From Bacillota bacterium (GTDB taxonomy: Bacteria; Bacillota; Sulfobacillia; Fermentithermobacillales; Fermentithermobacillaceae): a DNA stretch of 64,000 nt. Made by a program: the position numbers and the translations under genes. Where the stretch lies: NCBI GenBank assembly GCA_033809515.1, contig JAPXLN010000001.1, positions 158,101 through 222,100 of the forward strand, in the 5' to 3' direction. This document shows, in pieces, positions 17,751 through 26,479 of this stretch; position 1 is the first letter of the stretch; every line of letters starts with the position of its first letter. The notes under the pieces were generated by a model that worked only from the letters and a program-made list of their open reading frames with translations, was not told the DNA's origin and searched no databases.

Positions 17751-18871
17751 CCCCTGTTGAAGAAGGCAAGATCTCCTCAGCTCAGATGCTGGGACTCCTG
17801 GTGGTTGCACGTCTGACCCCGCTCACCATCGGGGTGCCTTTTCTAACCGGAGTGGAGGTTCCCCAGGATGCCTGGATCGGAGCCTTAGTAGGGGCAGCCC
17901 TGTCAATTCCGCCTCTTCTCTTAGTCGCTCACCTGGGAAGCAAGTATCCCGGCCAGACAATCATCGAGTACAGCCAAAAACTTCTAGGCGCCTATCCGGG
18001 AAAGGCTCTCGGGCTTGTCTTAGTATGGTATTGGCTGGGAGGGGCTGCAGTGACCGCCAGATCCACCGGGGAAGCCTACGCCGTTGGAGTACTCAGCCGG
18101 ACCCCGCTCATCGTGGTCACAGGAGCAATGGTTCTCATAAGCGCCCAGTCAGCCAGATGCGGCCTTGAGGTTACTGCCCGAATAGGCCAAACTGTAGCAA
18201 TAGCAGTTCTGGGCATATTGCTGCTTATCACCCCGCTCCCATATTCTACCATGCACCCGGAGAACCTCCTGCCTGTTCTGCCCAAAGGCTTTGGCACAGT
18301 TATAGACTCGGCAGCGACAAATCTGGCCTTCTATATGCAGCTTATCATATCAGGTATGTTAATCCCCTACACCTCCAGGCCGAAGGAGGCCGGTCGCGTC
18401 ATTTGCTTTGCTGTTCTCATTACGAGTCTGCTTGCAGTGATTCTAACAACAAGCGTAGTGCTGGTTTTCGGCCCCACTGCGCCAACGCTGGTTCTGCCTA
18501 CCCTCAGTCTGGCAAGGCAGATAAGCATCGGCCAGTTTCTCGAAAGGGTTGAGGTGATCTCCTTGACAGCATGGACCGTCACCTCAGCGTTGAAGACCTC
18601 CCTCTTTCTGTGGGCAAGCGCCACGGGGCTAGCTCAGATCTTTGGCCTCAAGCGCTTTCAGCCGCTTGTTTACCCGCTGGCATCGTTGGTCCTAACCTTC
18701 AGCATTGTATTCTTTCAGAGTCTCCTTGAGGTCCACCTGTATTTCAAGAGCATCTGGACGGTCTACTCGCCTGTGGTAGCTTCCGGCAGCATTCTGATTC
18801 TTGTTGCTGCTCATGCAATATCCTCTAGGTCTGGCCCCTTCGCTGGGAAAGCCAGAGGGCCCGGAAAATGA
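17747..18871 (+). CDS. gerKB: Spore germination receptor B subunit (permease-like)
   Basis: KISSAQ, QDAWI, ENLLPVL, FLERVE motifs; about 10 TM; ATGA overlap with gerKA. Confidence 0.88.
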   Translation: MTPVEEGKISSAQMLGLLVVARLTPLTIGVPFLTGVEVPQDAWIGALVGAALSIPPLLLVAHLGSKYPGQTIIEYSQKLLGAYPGKALGLVLVWYWLGGAAVTARSTGEAYAVGVLSRTPLIVVTGAMVLISAQSARCGLEVTARIGQTVAIAVLGILLLITPLPYSTMHPENLLPVLPKGFGTVIDSAATNLAFYMQLIISGMLIPYTSRPKEAGRVICFAVLITSLLAVILTTSVVLVFGPTAPTLVLPTLSLARQISIGQFLERVEVISLTAWTVTSALKTSLFLWASATGLAQIFGLKRFQPLVYPLASLVLTFSIVFFQSLLEVHLYFKSIWTVYSPVVASGSILILVAAHAISSRSGPFAGKARGPGK

Positions 18872-20103
18872 CGAGCACGCCGAGACTCTGGGTCAAACTT
18901 GCGCTGACGGCAATCACAATAGCTGCGTTGGCGGTAACCCTAACAGGCTGTTGGGATAGGGCGGAAATCGAGACTCTGGGATTTGTCACCGCCATAGGAA
19001 TAGACGAAGCTCAAGAAGAAGGGAAAATACTGATCACCCTGCAGGTGGCAAGACCGGCGAGCATCAGCCGTGGCTCAGAAGGAGGTCCCTCTCAGGAGAG
19101 AGCTTTTTGGGTTGTGGAAAGCACAGGCACTACCATATACGAAGCTCTCAGGAATCTGAACGCTGTATCTCCTCGTCGCATCTACTTCCCTCATTGCCGC
19201 CTTGTCCTCTTCGGCCAGGAGTTTGCCCAAAATGGCGTTGGCAGAGCTATTGATTGGTTCGACCGGAGTTCCGAGGCCAGAAGGCTCATGCACGTTGTGG
19301 TGGCCAAAGGAACCGCATGGGAGATGATGCAGGCAGAGTTCGAGCTTGAGCCTATGGCAGCTGAAGGGCTAGAGCGGTTAACCATGAACGCTCATGCCCG
19401 GCTTTCTACAGCCCTGCCATCAACCCTAAACGATTTTCTTCAGGCACTGGAACGCGAAGGCATGGACCCTGCAGGGATCGGCGCAATGATCGCTGTTAAG
19501 AAACCAGATCCTGCTATAACAGGCCAGCTGAAACGAGAAGAGGTCAGATCCTCCCCGGTGATATCAGGAACCGCTGTCTTCAAAGATGATAGGCTGGTCG
19601 GATGGCTCGAGCCCAATGAAACCCGGGGATTCAGCTGGCTGGTGTCTAAGGCAAAAGGAAGCCTCATAGTCATAGAGCAACCCGATTCCGGAAGCAAAAA
19701 GACCGCTTTTGCGTCAATAGAGGTCCTTCGGTCCAAGCGCACGGTCAAGGTGCAGACCAACCAGGAGAAGGTCTCGTTTACAGTGACCCTGGATATCGAA
19801 GGTAACCTGGGGGAGGTCCAGGGGTTCATGGATCCGCTGAAAAACCCCGGTATCTGGACAGAAATGGAACGCCGGATGGCTGAGCGTATTCTTCAGGATG
19901 CCGAATCGGCGCTGCACAAAGCTCAGGAACTGGGTGCCGACATATTTGGTTTCGGCGCAGAGGTGTACCGAAAATCCCCCAAACTCTGGGAAGAGATCAA
20001 AGATAGGTGGGATAGTGAGTTCCCGGTCCTGGACGTGAAGATCGAAGTAAAAGCTAAGCTTCGAACGCTGGGACTAACCATACGTCCGGCGAAGATCAAG
20101 TAA
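18868..20103 (+). CDS. gerKC: Spore germination receptor C subunit, lipoprotein
   Basis: Lipobox LTGCWD, AIGID, DIFGFG motifs. Confidence 0.92.
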   Translation: MTSTPRLWVKLALTAITIAALAVTLTGCWDRAEIETLGFVTAIGIDEAQEEGKILITLQVARPASISRGSEGGPSQERAFWVVESTGTTIYEALRNLNAVSPRRIYFPHCRLVLFGQEFAQNGVGRAIDWFDRSSEARRLMHVVVAKGTAWEMMQAEFELEPMAAEGLERLTMNAHARLSTALPSTLNDFLQALEREGMDPAGIGAMIAVKKPDPAITGQLKREEVRSSPVISGTAVFKDDRLVGWLEPNETRGFSWLVSKAKGSLIVIEQPDSGSKKTAFASIEVLRSKRTVKVQTNQEKVSFTVTLDIEGNLGEVQGFMDPLKNPGIWTEMERRMAERILQDAESALHKAQELGADIFGFGAEVYRKSPKLWEEIKDRWDSEFPVLDVKIEVKAKLRTLGLTIRPAKIK

Positions 20104-20128
20104 GGGGGAGACCTTCACGCATACCTTT

Positions 20129-20335
20129 TTGGTCATACTCAGCTTCTTTCTGGTCGTTTTGTGTGAAGCTCCCGGCATAATCAGAAACAAAGAGTGGAAG
20201 ACACTAGCTGTGGTTATGGTCCTGATAGCTGCAGGACTGACTCTTGCCTTGCTTCAAACCATTACCGGAAGCGCGCCCAATCCCATGAAGGTCATCGCCT
20301 TTCTGGTGGAAAGCCTTAAATCTGTGTTTCGATAG
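20129..20335 (+). CDS. Small two-TM protein typical of the end of ger operons
   Basis: Two hydrophobic helices with a W-K-T-L link and a PNP motif; RBS GGGGAG lies upstream of an in-frame ACG at 20117. Confidence 0.7.
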   Translation: MVILSFFLVVLCEAPGIIRNKEWKTLAVVMVLIAAGLTLALLQTITGSAPNPMKVIAFLVESLKSVFR

Positions 20336-20376
20336 CTAAAGACTCAAAGAATCTTACCCCTCACACAGATTACCCC

Positions 20377-21237
20377 TTACACAGCTGCTTGCAGAACAAT
20401 ACTGTCCTCTCCCAGAACGCTGACGAGATTCCTTCTGAAAACCATAGGGTCGCCTGAACAAAAGAACTTGTACTCCGGTTCCCCTTTGCGCTTTGACAGA
20501 AGCTCTCTTTCCTCTAGCATGGCCTTCATGGTCATGACTGTTTGAACCGCCGGATCGATGAGTTCAACCCCAGGCAGCGCTTCCTCAATATACCCTGCAA
20601 GCAGCGGAAAATGAGTGCAGCCCATAATCAGAACATCCACAGGGGACTCATGGAAAACCTTCATGTACCTTCTCGCAGCGTCTCTGACGGCGGTCTCGTC
20701 AAACTGCCCGGCCTCCACCAGCATGACAAAGTCGGGACATGCCTGTTTCAGCGGCCCGTTCCTCAAGCCAAGGTGGGCAAGCTCCTGGTCGTATACTCCG
20801 CTTGCTACAGTGGCCTCAGTAGCGATGAGTCCCACTCTGGAACCGGAACCTCCCACTGCCATGGCAGCTTCTGATCCGGGACGTATGACCCCTACAACAG
20901 GACCGGGGAAACTGGACTGAACCGCCCCAAGCCCGGCAGCCGTAGCAGTATTGCAGGCTATAACGATAGCTTTGGCCCCTTGAGCTAACAGAAACTCGGA
21001 TATTTCAACTGAAAACCGGGAGATCTGAGACTGAGGTCTCGTGCCGTAGGGTAGACGACCGGTATCGGCAAAATACAGCACGCTTTCGTTAGGAAGAATC
21101 CTTCTGATTTCCCTCACCACTGTAAGGCCGCCGGAACCTGAATCGAAAACGCCAATGGGGGCATCAGCACCTAGACTACAAACCCCTTCGTATCTGCAGA
21201 TGCGTCTTGTCACTTTTCGATCACGCCTTTGCAGCAT
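20377..21237 (-). CDS. murI: Glutamate racemase (start codon uncertain)
   Basis: PIGVFDSG, PYG, ACNTA and GCTHF catalytic cysteines. Confidence 0.92.
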   Translation of the reverse strand: MLQRRDRKVTRRICRYEGVCSLGADAPIGVFDSGSGGLTVVREIRRILPNESVLYFADTGRLPYGTRPQSQISRFSVEISEFLLAQGAKAIVIACNTATAAGLGAVQSSFPGPVVGVIRPGSEAAMAVGGSGSRVGLIATEATVASGVYDQELAHLGLRNGPLKQACPDFVMLVEAGQFDETAVRDAARRYMKVFHESPVDVLIMGCTHFPLLAGYIEEALPGVELIDPAVQTVMTMKAMLEERELLSKRKGEPEYKFFCSGDPMVFRRNLVSVLGEDSIVLQAAV

Positions 21238-21421
21238 GGTCTTTCCCGGTGAACCGACGTTTCTGGTATGGTGAAAAGTCTGTAAAGCCTGAGTAGATTG
21301 ATTATAGCATACCCTGGAAATCTCGGATAGCATGCCCTATACTGGAAAGGCTGAGTTCGTGCACCAGCGTCTGTGTTTGTGTATTATCTATTCGGGCATG
21401 TGCATCTCAGGAAACCGGGTG

Positions 21422-22675
21422 ATGAGAATCAGTCTGTTCAGGTTCCAGCGCAACGCTAACCTCTACCTCATGAGCATTTCAATGAGATCTCTGGCTCAGG
21501 GTGCGTTTGGCGTGATTCAGGGGTTATATATCCTATCGCTTGGGTTCGACGAAACCGTTCTGGGCACTATCCTTTCTGCACGCATGCTATCTGCAGCCGT
21601 CGCTTCTTTGCCGGCAGGAATACTCTCTGACCGGATAGGCCGCAGACCGGTCCTGGTCACGGCAGGGGTGATGACCACCGTAGGCTACCTAGGGATGGCA
21701 GTATCATCCAGTCCCGCAATGATGGTTCTTTTCTCATGTGTCAACGGCATTGCCATGGCTTGCCAGGCAACCTCCGGAGCGCCGCTCCTGGCAGAGTCAA
21801 GCACGCCTGCTGACAGAGCCAGGCTGTTCGGAGTCAACTTCTCCCTAAGCATGGCTGCGACCATGATTGGAAGCCTTGTGGGAGGCGTGCTTCCGGGCAA
21901 GCTTCTTTTCCTGGGGGAATCCTCATCTTTTCGCTGGTCGTTGCTTGTTTTCGCCGCTATCACTCTGGGGGGAGTCTGGCCTGCACGGAGAATCGAGGAG
22001 GATCCCCCGAGCAGGCCCGAACCGGCAGAGCCTTCCGCCAAACCCATCTCAGTGCTTACCCACGAGCTTCGTTCATTGACCGAGACCGCAAGAGAAAAGG
22101 ACATACTCTGTCTTTTGACCTATGGCGTGCTCATAGGCTTTGGGGCAGGTCTGGTGGTTCCGTTCTTCAACGTTTTCCTTTCACAAAAACTAGGCATCCA
22201 GACGGCCACCATAGGCCTGATAATGTCAGTCTGCAACGGAGCTACAGCTATAGCAGGACTGGTAGCTCCTGTGTTGGCTGAAAAATACGGCCCGGTTGCC
22301 ACAGTGGTGGGAACACAAATCGCATCTATCCCGTTTTTGATGCTCATAGCTCTTCCTCCTAACGTTTACCTAGTATCCGTAGCTCTTTTCATGCGTTCGG
22401 CCCTCATGAATATGTCGAGTCCGGTAGCGTCCACTGTCTCTATGGAGCTTGCCGGTCCTGACCGGAGAGGCAGAATCTCAAGCCTCATGCGAATTGCCGA
22501 CAACGTGGCCAGAGCTCTCAGCGCAGTAGCGGCAGGTTATATCATGTCAAAGTGGGGCTATGAGGTTCCCTATTTCTTCACCGCTGTTCTCTACTTCGCA
22601 GCCAGCATTGTCTACTGGAAAGCTTTTCGGGACAGGGATAAGCATAGGAGGGGATCTATGTGGACTCCACAATGA
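21422..22675 (+). CDS. MFS transporter
   Basis: 12 hydrophobic segments; motif A GILSDRIGRR; start uncertain (ORF opens at 21332). Confidence 0.88.
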   Translation: MRISLFRFQRNANLYLMSISMRSLAQGAFGVIQGLYILSLGFDETVLGTILSARMLSAAVASLPAGILSDRIGRRPVLVTAGVMTTVGYLGMAVSSSPAMMVLFSCVNGIAMACQATSGAPLLAESSTPADRARLFGVNFSLSMAATMIGSLVGGVLPGKLLFLGESSSFRWSLLVFAAITLGGVWPARRIEEDPPSRPEPAEPSAKPISVLTHELRSLTETAREKDILCLLTYGVLIGFGAGLVVPFFNVFLSQKLGIQTATIGLIMSVCNGATAIAGLVAPVLAEKYGPVATVVGTQIASIPFLMLIALPPNVYLVSVALFMRSALMNMSSPVASTVSMELAGPDRRGRISSLMRIADNVARALSAVAAGYIMSKWGYEVPYFFTAVLYFAASIVYWKAFRDRDKHRRGSMWTPQ

Positions 22676-23250
22676 CCCTTGCAGAGCTCCGGAAACGAGT
22701 AAGCAGTGCCGCAAAGGCCATGAGCCAGCTCGGGCTTGCTCGCATGACATCGGGAAACGTCTCGGGAAGACATCCCCCAACAGGGCTGATAGCTATTACA
22801 CCTTCAGGCTTTCCCTACGATCTGCTAAAGCCGGAAGACATAGTCCTGATAGATGCCGGCGGAAATGTGGCAGACGGAAAGCATGAGCCGTCATCTGAAA
22901 CCCCCATGCATACGCTCATCTACCGCAGCAATCCTGAGGTTAACGGAATTGTCCATACTCACTCGGTTTACGCCACAGTCTTTGCCGTTCTAAACCGGGA
23001 GCTTCCTGCTGTGACGGTTCCGCTTGCATCCTTTGGCCCTGTTTTGGTCGCTCCGTTTCAGCCCCCAGGGTCCTTAGAGTTAGCGCAAGAGGTAGTCCGG
23101 CGCCTCAAGCAATGCCCTGGCGCGGTGCTAATGCAGAACCACGGGGCAGTATGCGCTGCAGATACAGTGGAATCAGCACTGGAAACTGCTGTTTATCTGG
23201 AAGAAGGCGCACAGGTCGCACTTCTGGCCTTGCTGGCAGGCCGTCCATGA
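22660..23250 (+). CDS. Class II aldolase/adducin family (fuculose-phosphate aldolase-like), possibly C-terminally clipped
   Basis: SGNVS, ITPSG, PSSE, HTHS, NHG motifs. Confidence 0.88.
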   Translation: MDSTMTLAELRKRVSSAAKAMSQLGLARMTSGNVSGRHPPTGLIAITPSGFPYDLLKPEDIVLIDAGGNVADGKHEPSSETPMHTLIYRSNPEVNGIVHTHSVYATVFAVLNRELPAVTVPLASFGPVLVAPFQPPGSLELAQEVVRRLKQCPGAVLMQNHGAVCAADTVESALETAVYLEEGAQVALLALLAGRP

Positions 23251-23986
23251 GTTCCGCAAGTTCTTCCGGCTCCAGCCGGAAATGAGCCAGAACGCCTCCG
23301 GGCCAGTAACCCAGGGCATTGTCCTCACTTGGGTACCTGGAACCGTGATGCAGTATCTTGGGCACTCCGTTGCGATACCTCGAATCAGAGACAATACCTA
23401 TATGATCGTGGTTGGCGCCAAGTATCACTATGTCCCCGGGCTGCCATTCTTTCAGATTCTCAGGATCCCACGGCTTCACTTCGTTGGTCATGGTTATGGC
23501 ATGGCGCTTGAGAAACACATAGAGGTTGGGAACGCGGCGAAAATCGATGTTGGAGTCGGGGTGACCCTCAACCCTGGGATACTCCTTAAGGGCCGAAGCG
23601 ATGTCTTTGTCCAGCATGGATTTTAGGTCATAGCCTGCGTATTGAAAGGCGCGCCAAACCAGGTCCGTGCAGACTCCTTCGCTGTCAGGGGGATAGCCCC
23701 CGGCATAGTACGCACTTCTGTACAACGGCTTGCGGTCAACCTGGACCCTGGCGCCCTCTACGAGGTCAAGGGCGTCATCCTTCCCGTTGCCGTTTTGGTC
23801 GTGGTCAAGCAGGCTTGTTTGCACGTTAAGGGGAGGCCTCAGCCACATGCCTAGCCACCCGAGACCCTGTCCCCTCAGATGCGGCACGCACCAAACGACC
23901 AACCATGCAACCGCGATAAGGCCCATGACCCAAGCCATAGCAGGGAGAGGACCCCGCAATCTCCTACCCCTTGCGAGACGACCCAC
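23105..23986 (-). CDS. DUF1287 (YijF-like) membrane-anchored protein
   Basis: YYAGGYPP, GVCTD, DSNIDFRRVPNL, WQPGDIV, HIGIVSD motifs; N-terminal TM. Confidence 0.85.
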   Translation of the reverse strand: MGRLARGRRLRGPLPAMAWVMGLIAVAWLVVWCVPHLRGQGLGWLGMWLRPPLNVQTSLLDHDQNGNGKDDALDLVEGARVQVDRKPLYRSAYYAGGYPPDSEGVCTDLVWRAFQYAGYDLKSMLDKDIASALKEYPRVEGHPDSNIDFRRVPNLYVFLKRHAITMTNEVKPWDPENLKEWQPGDIVILGANHDHIGIVSDSRYRNGVPKILHHGSRYPSEDNALGYWPGGVLAHFRLEPEELAELMDGLPARPEVRPVRLLPDKQQFPVLIPLYLQRILPRGSALAPRQGIA

Positions 23987-23990
23987 CGGC

Positions 23991-24140
23991 CTACTGTACC
24001 TCCTTATCTCCTGTAGCCATAATGGCCTTCATAAGCTCCCTGAGGGTCTGGTCGTCCATGTCGGGGCCGGGCTTGAACAGAATCTTGGCTGGCCTTCGCC
24101 CTTTCGAATCCCTATGCGTCTTGTCAGGAGACTTCGACAT
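23991..24140 (-). CDS. Small hypothetical protein, 49 aa (not in the ORF track)
   Basis: MSKSPDKTHRDSKGRRPAKILFKPGPDMDDQTLRELMKAIMATGDKEVQ; RBS GGGGGTG before ATG; its last codons supply the AAGGAGGT RBS of the next gene. Confidence 0.55.
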   Translation of the reverse strand: MSKSPDKTHRDSKGRRPAKILFKPGPDMDDQTLRELMKAIMATGDKEVQ

Positions 24141-24229
24141 AAACAATCACACCCCCACTGCAGTAATAGGGAGATTCTGATAAGAGAATCCCGGATTTGG
24201 CCGCTTTCGAAGGTTGCGCCTGCTGAAAG

Positions 24230-24317
24230 TGGTGCCGGGGGCGGGAGTCGAACCCGCACGGGGGGTCACCCCACGCGATTTTGAGTCGCGCATGACTGCC
24301 TATTCCATCACCCCGGC
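24230..24317 (-). tRNA. tRNA-Leu (anticodon CAA)
   Basis: GCCGGGG acceptor stem, anticodon arm CGCGA-CTCAAAA-TCGCG, long variable arm, GGTTCGACT T-loop, encoded CCA. Confidence 0.95.
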
Positions 24318-24419
24318 ACTCGCAAAAATCATTGTAGCACGAATGCCACCGCAGCAACAAGCTGAGAGTAAGCTGATCCGGGTACTCAATCCCAAGGGTC
24401 CTGAGAATCCCGAGCGCTG

Positions 24420-24812
24420 TCAATAGTTGATCAAGATGAACTTCCGTATCCATCGCTTGATAGCTGTGCGAAACAGAGAGCGAGTGGGACTCAGCATTAG
24501 GACTACCCCGGTAACATCAGTAATCACACCGGGGGTAATGAGTAACAAAGCGCCAATCACCACAAGAACCCCGTCGATGATCTCATCTTCAGGAATGTGC
24601 CCCAGGGAGATCTCTTCTTTCGCGCGCCTAATGACCCCATATCCCTCAGCTGTCAGGAGAGTCCCTCCCAGGAGTGCGGTTCCAATAACCAGGCAAACTG
24701 TCGAAAACGTGCCAATACGGCGACCAATCTCGATGAGAAGAGCTATCTCAAGGATGGGGATTGCTGTAAAGACAAGGAAACCAACTATCCCCAGGCGAGT
24801 CTTCCATCTCAC
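24420..24812 (-). CDS. fxsA: FxsA family membrane protein
   Basis: PILEIALLI, TALLG, LLITPGVITD motifs. Confidence 0.88.
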   Translation of the reverse strand: MRWKTRLGIVGFLVFTAIPILEIALLIEIGRRIGTFSTVCLVIGTALLGGTLLTAEGYGVIRRAKEEISLGHIPEDEIIDGVLVVIGALLLITPGVITDVTGVVLMLSPTRSLFRTAIKRWIRKFILINY

Positions 24813-24952
24813 TGACTGTCACCTCGCTGGCGAGAAGTCCCTGTAGCCGAGCCGACATACTGATACCTCAGAAGCCTTCGGAACTCCTCTTTGCAGACAA
24901 ACATTCCTTCCTACCCCGCCGCCCTCGCCTGGCCGCCCTTGCTTGGCCGCCA

Positions 24953-25072
24953 TTACTGTTCCTTATCCTTGACCAGCATGTGAATTGTGGCGCAGAGAAT
25001 CGCCATGACCACGAAAGTAGCTGCCATAGAGGTGGCGCTTATCTTCAGTGTCTCCCTGAGCAAAGCTCCCAT
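24953..25072 (-). CDS. OadG-related small membrane subunit, 39 aa (not in the ORF track)
   Basis: MGALLRETLKISATSMAATFVVMAILCATIHMLVKDKEQ; single TM with the M-x-x-x-F-x-V pattern of OadG; GGGAGG RBS; directly after the beta subunit. Confidence 0.7.
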   Translation of the reverse strand: MGALLRETLKISATSMAATFVVMAILCATIHMLVKDKEQ

Positions 25073-25110
25073 CCTTGTATCCCCCTCCCGATTGACCTTG
25101 ACGCCCTTTC

Positions 25111-26211
25111 CTACTTGACAAGAGTCAAGATCATAGCCCCGGCAAGAACTGACGCTATCTGCCCTGCCACGTTAGCTCCGACAGCCTGCATAAGAACGAA
25201 GTTTCCGGGCTCTTCTTCCTGAGCCATACGCTGGATTACCCTGGCCGACATGGGAAACGCTGATATGCCGCAAGCGCCTATCATAGGGTTTATTTTCTTC
25301 TTCAGAAACAGATTGATAAACCTCGCAAACAATACTCCGACAGCGGTATCAAGAGCAAACGCGAACAGGCCCATTGCAATGATCTTCAGCGTCGCAGGCT
25401 GCAGAAACTGGTCAGCGGTCATGGTGGAACCTATGGTGATCCCCAGAAGCAGCGAAACAAGGTTCACAAGCTCATTCTGCGCAGTCCTTGAAAGCACGTC
25501 CACAACTCCTGATTCCCGAAGAAGATTGCCGAACATGAGCGAACCAACCAGGGCCAGGCTGATGGGCGCCACCATGCCTGCCACAGCAGTGACCACCAGA
25601 GGAAAGAGTATCCGAGTTCTTCTGGGAAGAACTGACTGAGGCACAGGCTCCATCCTTATTCGTCTTTCCTCAGACGTGGTTAGCGTTCTCACAATCGGCG
25701 GCTGTATAATCGGAACCAGGGCCATGTAGGAGTAAGCAGCCACCGAAATGGGAGCTAGAAGGTGCCTGGCAAACCGGGTAGATACGTAGATGGCAGTAGG
25801 CCCGTCGGCAGCGCCGATGATACCTATGGCCGCTGCCTCCCGAAGGTCGAAACCGAACAAGACAGCCAGTCCCATTGTCAGGAATATACCCATTTGGGCA
25901 GCTGCCCCCAAAAAGAGCATGAAAGGCTGATCCAGGAGCGGGCCGAAATCTATCATAGCTCCGATTCCTATGAAGATCAAAATAGGAAAAAGCTCAGTGA
26001 TAATGCCCGCCTCATAGAGCCTGGTCAAAAACCCGTTAGGACCCACCGCCGAAGAACCGGGGAAGTTGGAGATGATAGCTCCAAATCCTATAGGCAAGAG
26101 CAATACAGGCTCGTAGTTCTTTTTGATAGCAAGGTAAATGAGAATCGATCCAACGCCCATCATGGTCGCTTGCTGCCATGTCATGTCAAGCAGACCTGAA
26201 AACAGACCCAA
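25111..26211 (-). CDS. oadB: Sodium ion-translocating decarboxylase beta subunit (OadB/MmdB/GcdB family)
   Basis: EPVLLLPIGFG, IGAMIDFGP, IIGAADGPT, AAYSYMAL, NPMIGACGISAFPMSAR, GANVAGQI motifs. Confidence 0.92.
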   Translation of the reverse strand: MGLFSGLLDMTWQQATMMGVGSILIYLAIKKNYEPVLLLPIGFGAIISNFPGSSAVGPNGFLTRLYEAGIITELFPILIFIGIGAMIDFGPLLDQPFMLFLGAAAQMGIFLTMGLAVLFGFDLREAAAIGIIGAADGPTAIYVSTRFARHLLAPISVAAYSYMALVPIIQPPIVRTLTTSEERRIRMEPVPQSVLPRRTRILFPLVVTAVAGMVAPISLALVGSLMFGNLLRESGVVDVLSRTAQNELVNLVSLLLGITIGSTMTADQFLQPATLKIIAMGLFAFALDTAVGVLFARFINLFLKKKINPMIGACGISAFPMSARVIQRMAQEEEPGNFVLMQAVGANVAGQIASVLAGAMILTLVK

Positions 26212-26229
26212 TTGAGTACCCTCCCCTCA

Positions 26230-26270
26230 AAATCAGAAACCTCTATCCCGCCAATAGGGATAAAGGTCTC
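26230..26270 (-). terminator. Riboswitch expression-platform terminator
   Basis: GAGACCTTTATCCC/GGGATAGAGGTTTC stem + TGATTTT; its 5' strand overlaps the 3' strand of aptamer P1. Confidence 0.75.
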
Positions 26271-26374
26271 ACTAGTCAAGGTCCGCCGGGTCATCAGACC
26301 GTGTTGACGGCGGATACCCCCGGAACGTTCTCTAAGATGCAAACGCCTGTTCCGGGAAGTTACTCCCCTTTACC
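26259..26374 (-). promoter_or_regulatory. yybP-ykoY (Mn2+-sensing class) riboswitch aptamer
   Basis: GGTAAAGG-GGAGTA...CCGTCAACAC...GTGAGA-CCTTTATC: P1, L1 (GGAGUA/GAGA), P2 CCCGGAAC/GTTCCGGG, L3 CGUCAACAC. Confidence 0.85.
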
Positions 26375-26412
26375 TCCGAGCACTGTGCTGACGCGTCTCG
26401 GCTGTTAAGGTA

Positions 26413-26441
26413 ATCCTACAGTCAAACCAGGCAATGTGCAA
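26413..26441 (-). promoter_or_regulatory. SigA-type promoter of the riboswitch-oadB unit
   Basis: TTGCAC-N17-TAGGAT about 40 nt upstream of the aptamer. Confidence 0.55.
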
Positions 26442-26479
26442 GCTCATACCGCACACATCCTATGATGCCCATCACACAG

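Noticed and set aside
24180-24260. tRNA-Leu 3' end as an integration site
   Set aside because: No duplicated tRNA 3' end or integrase seen; flanking genes look chromosomal
24819-24953. 44-codon ORF starting at a TAATG overlap after the 39-aa gene
   Set aside because: Gly/Arg-rich low-information sequence with no family pattern; cannot be supported without homologs
26375-26402. Hairpin upstream of the yybP-ykoY aptamer as a second tandem aptamer (e.g. Na+ class)
   Set aside because: Only a short stem with alternative pairings; no conserved motif I can recognise
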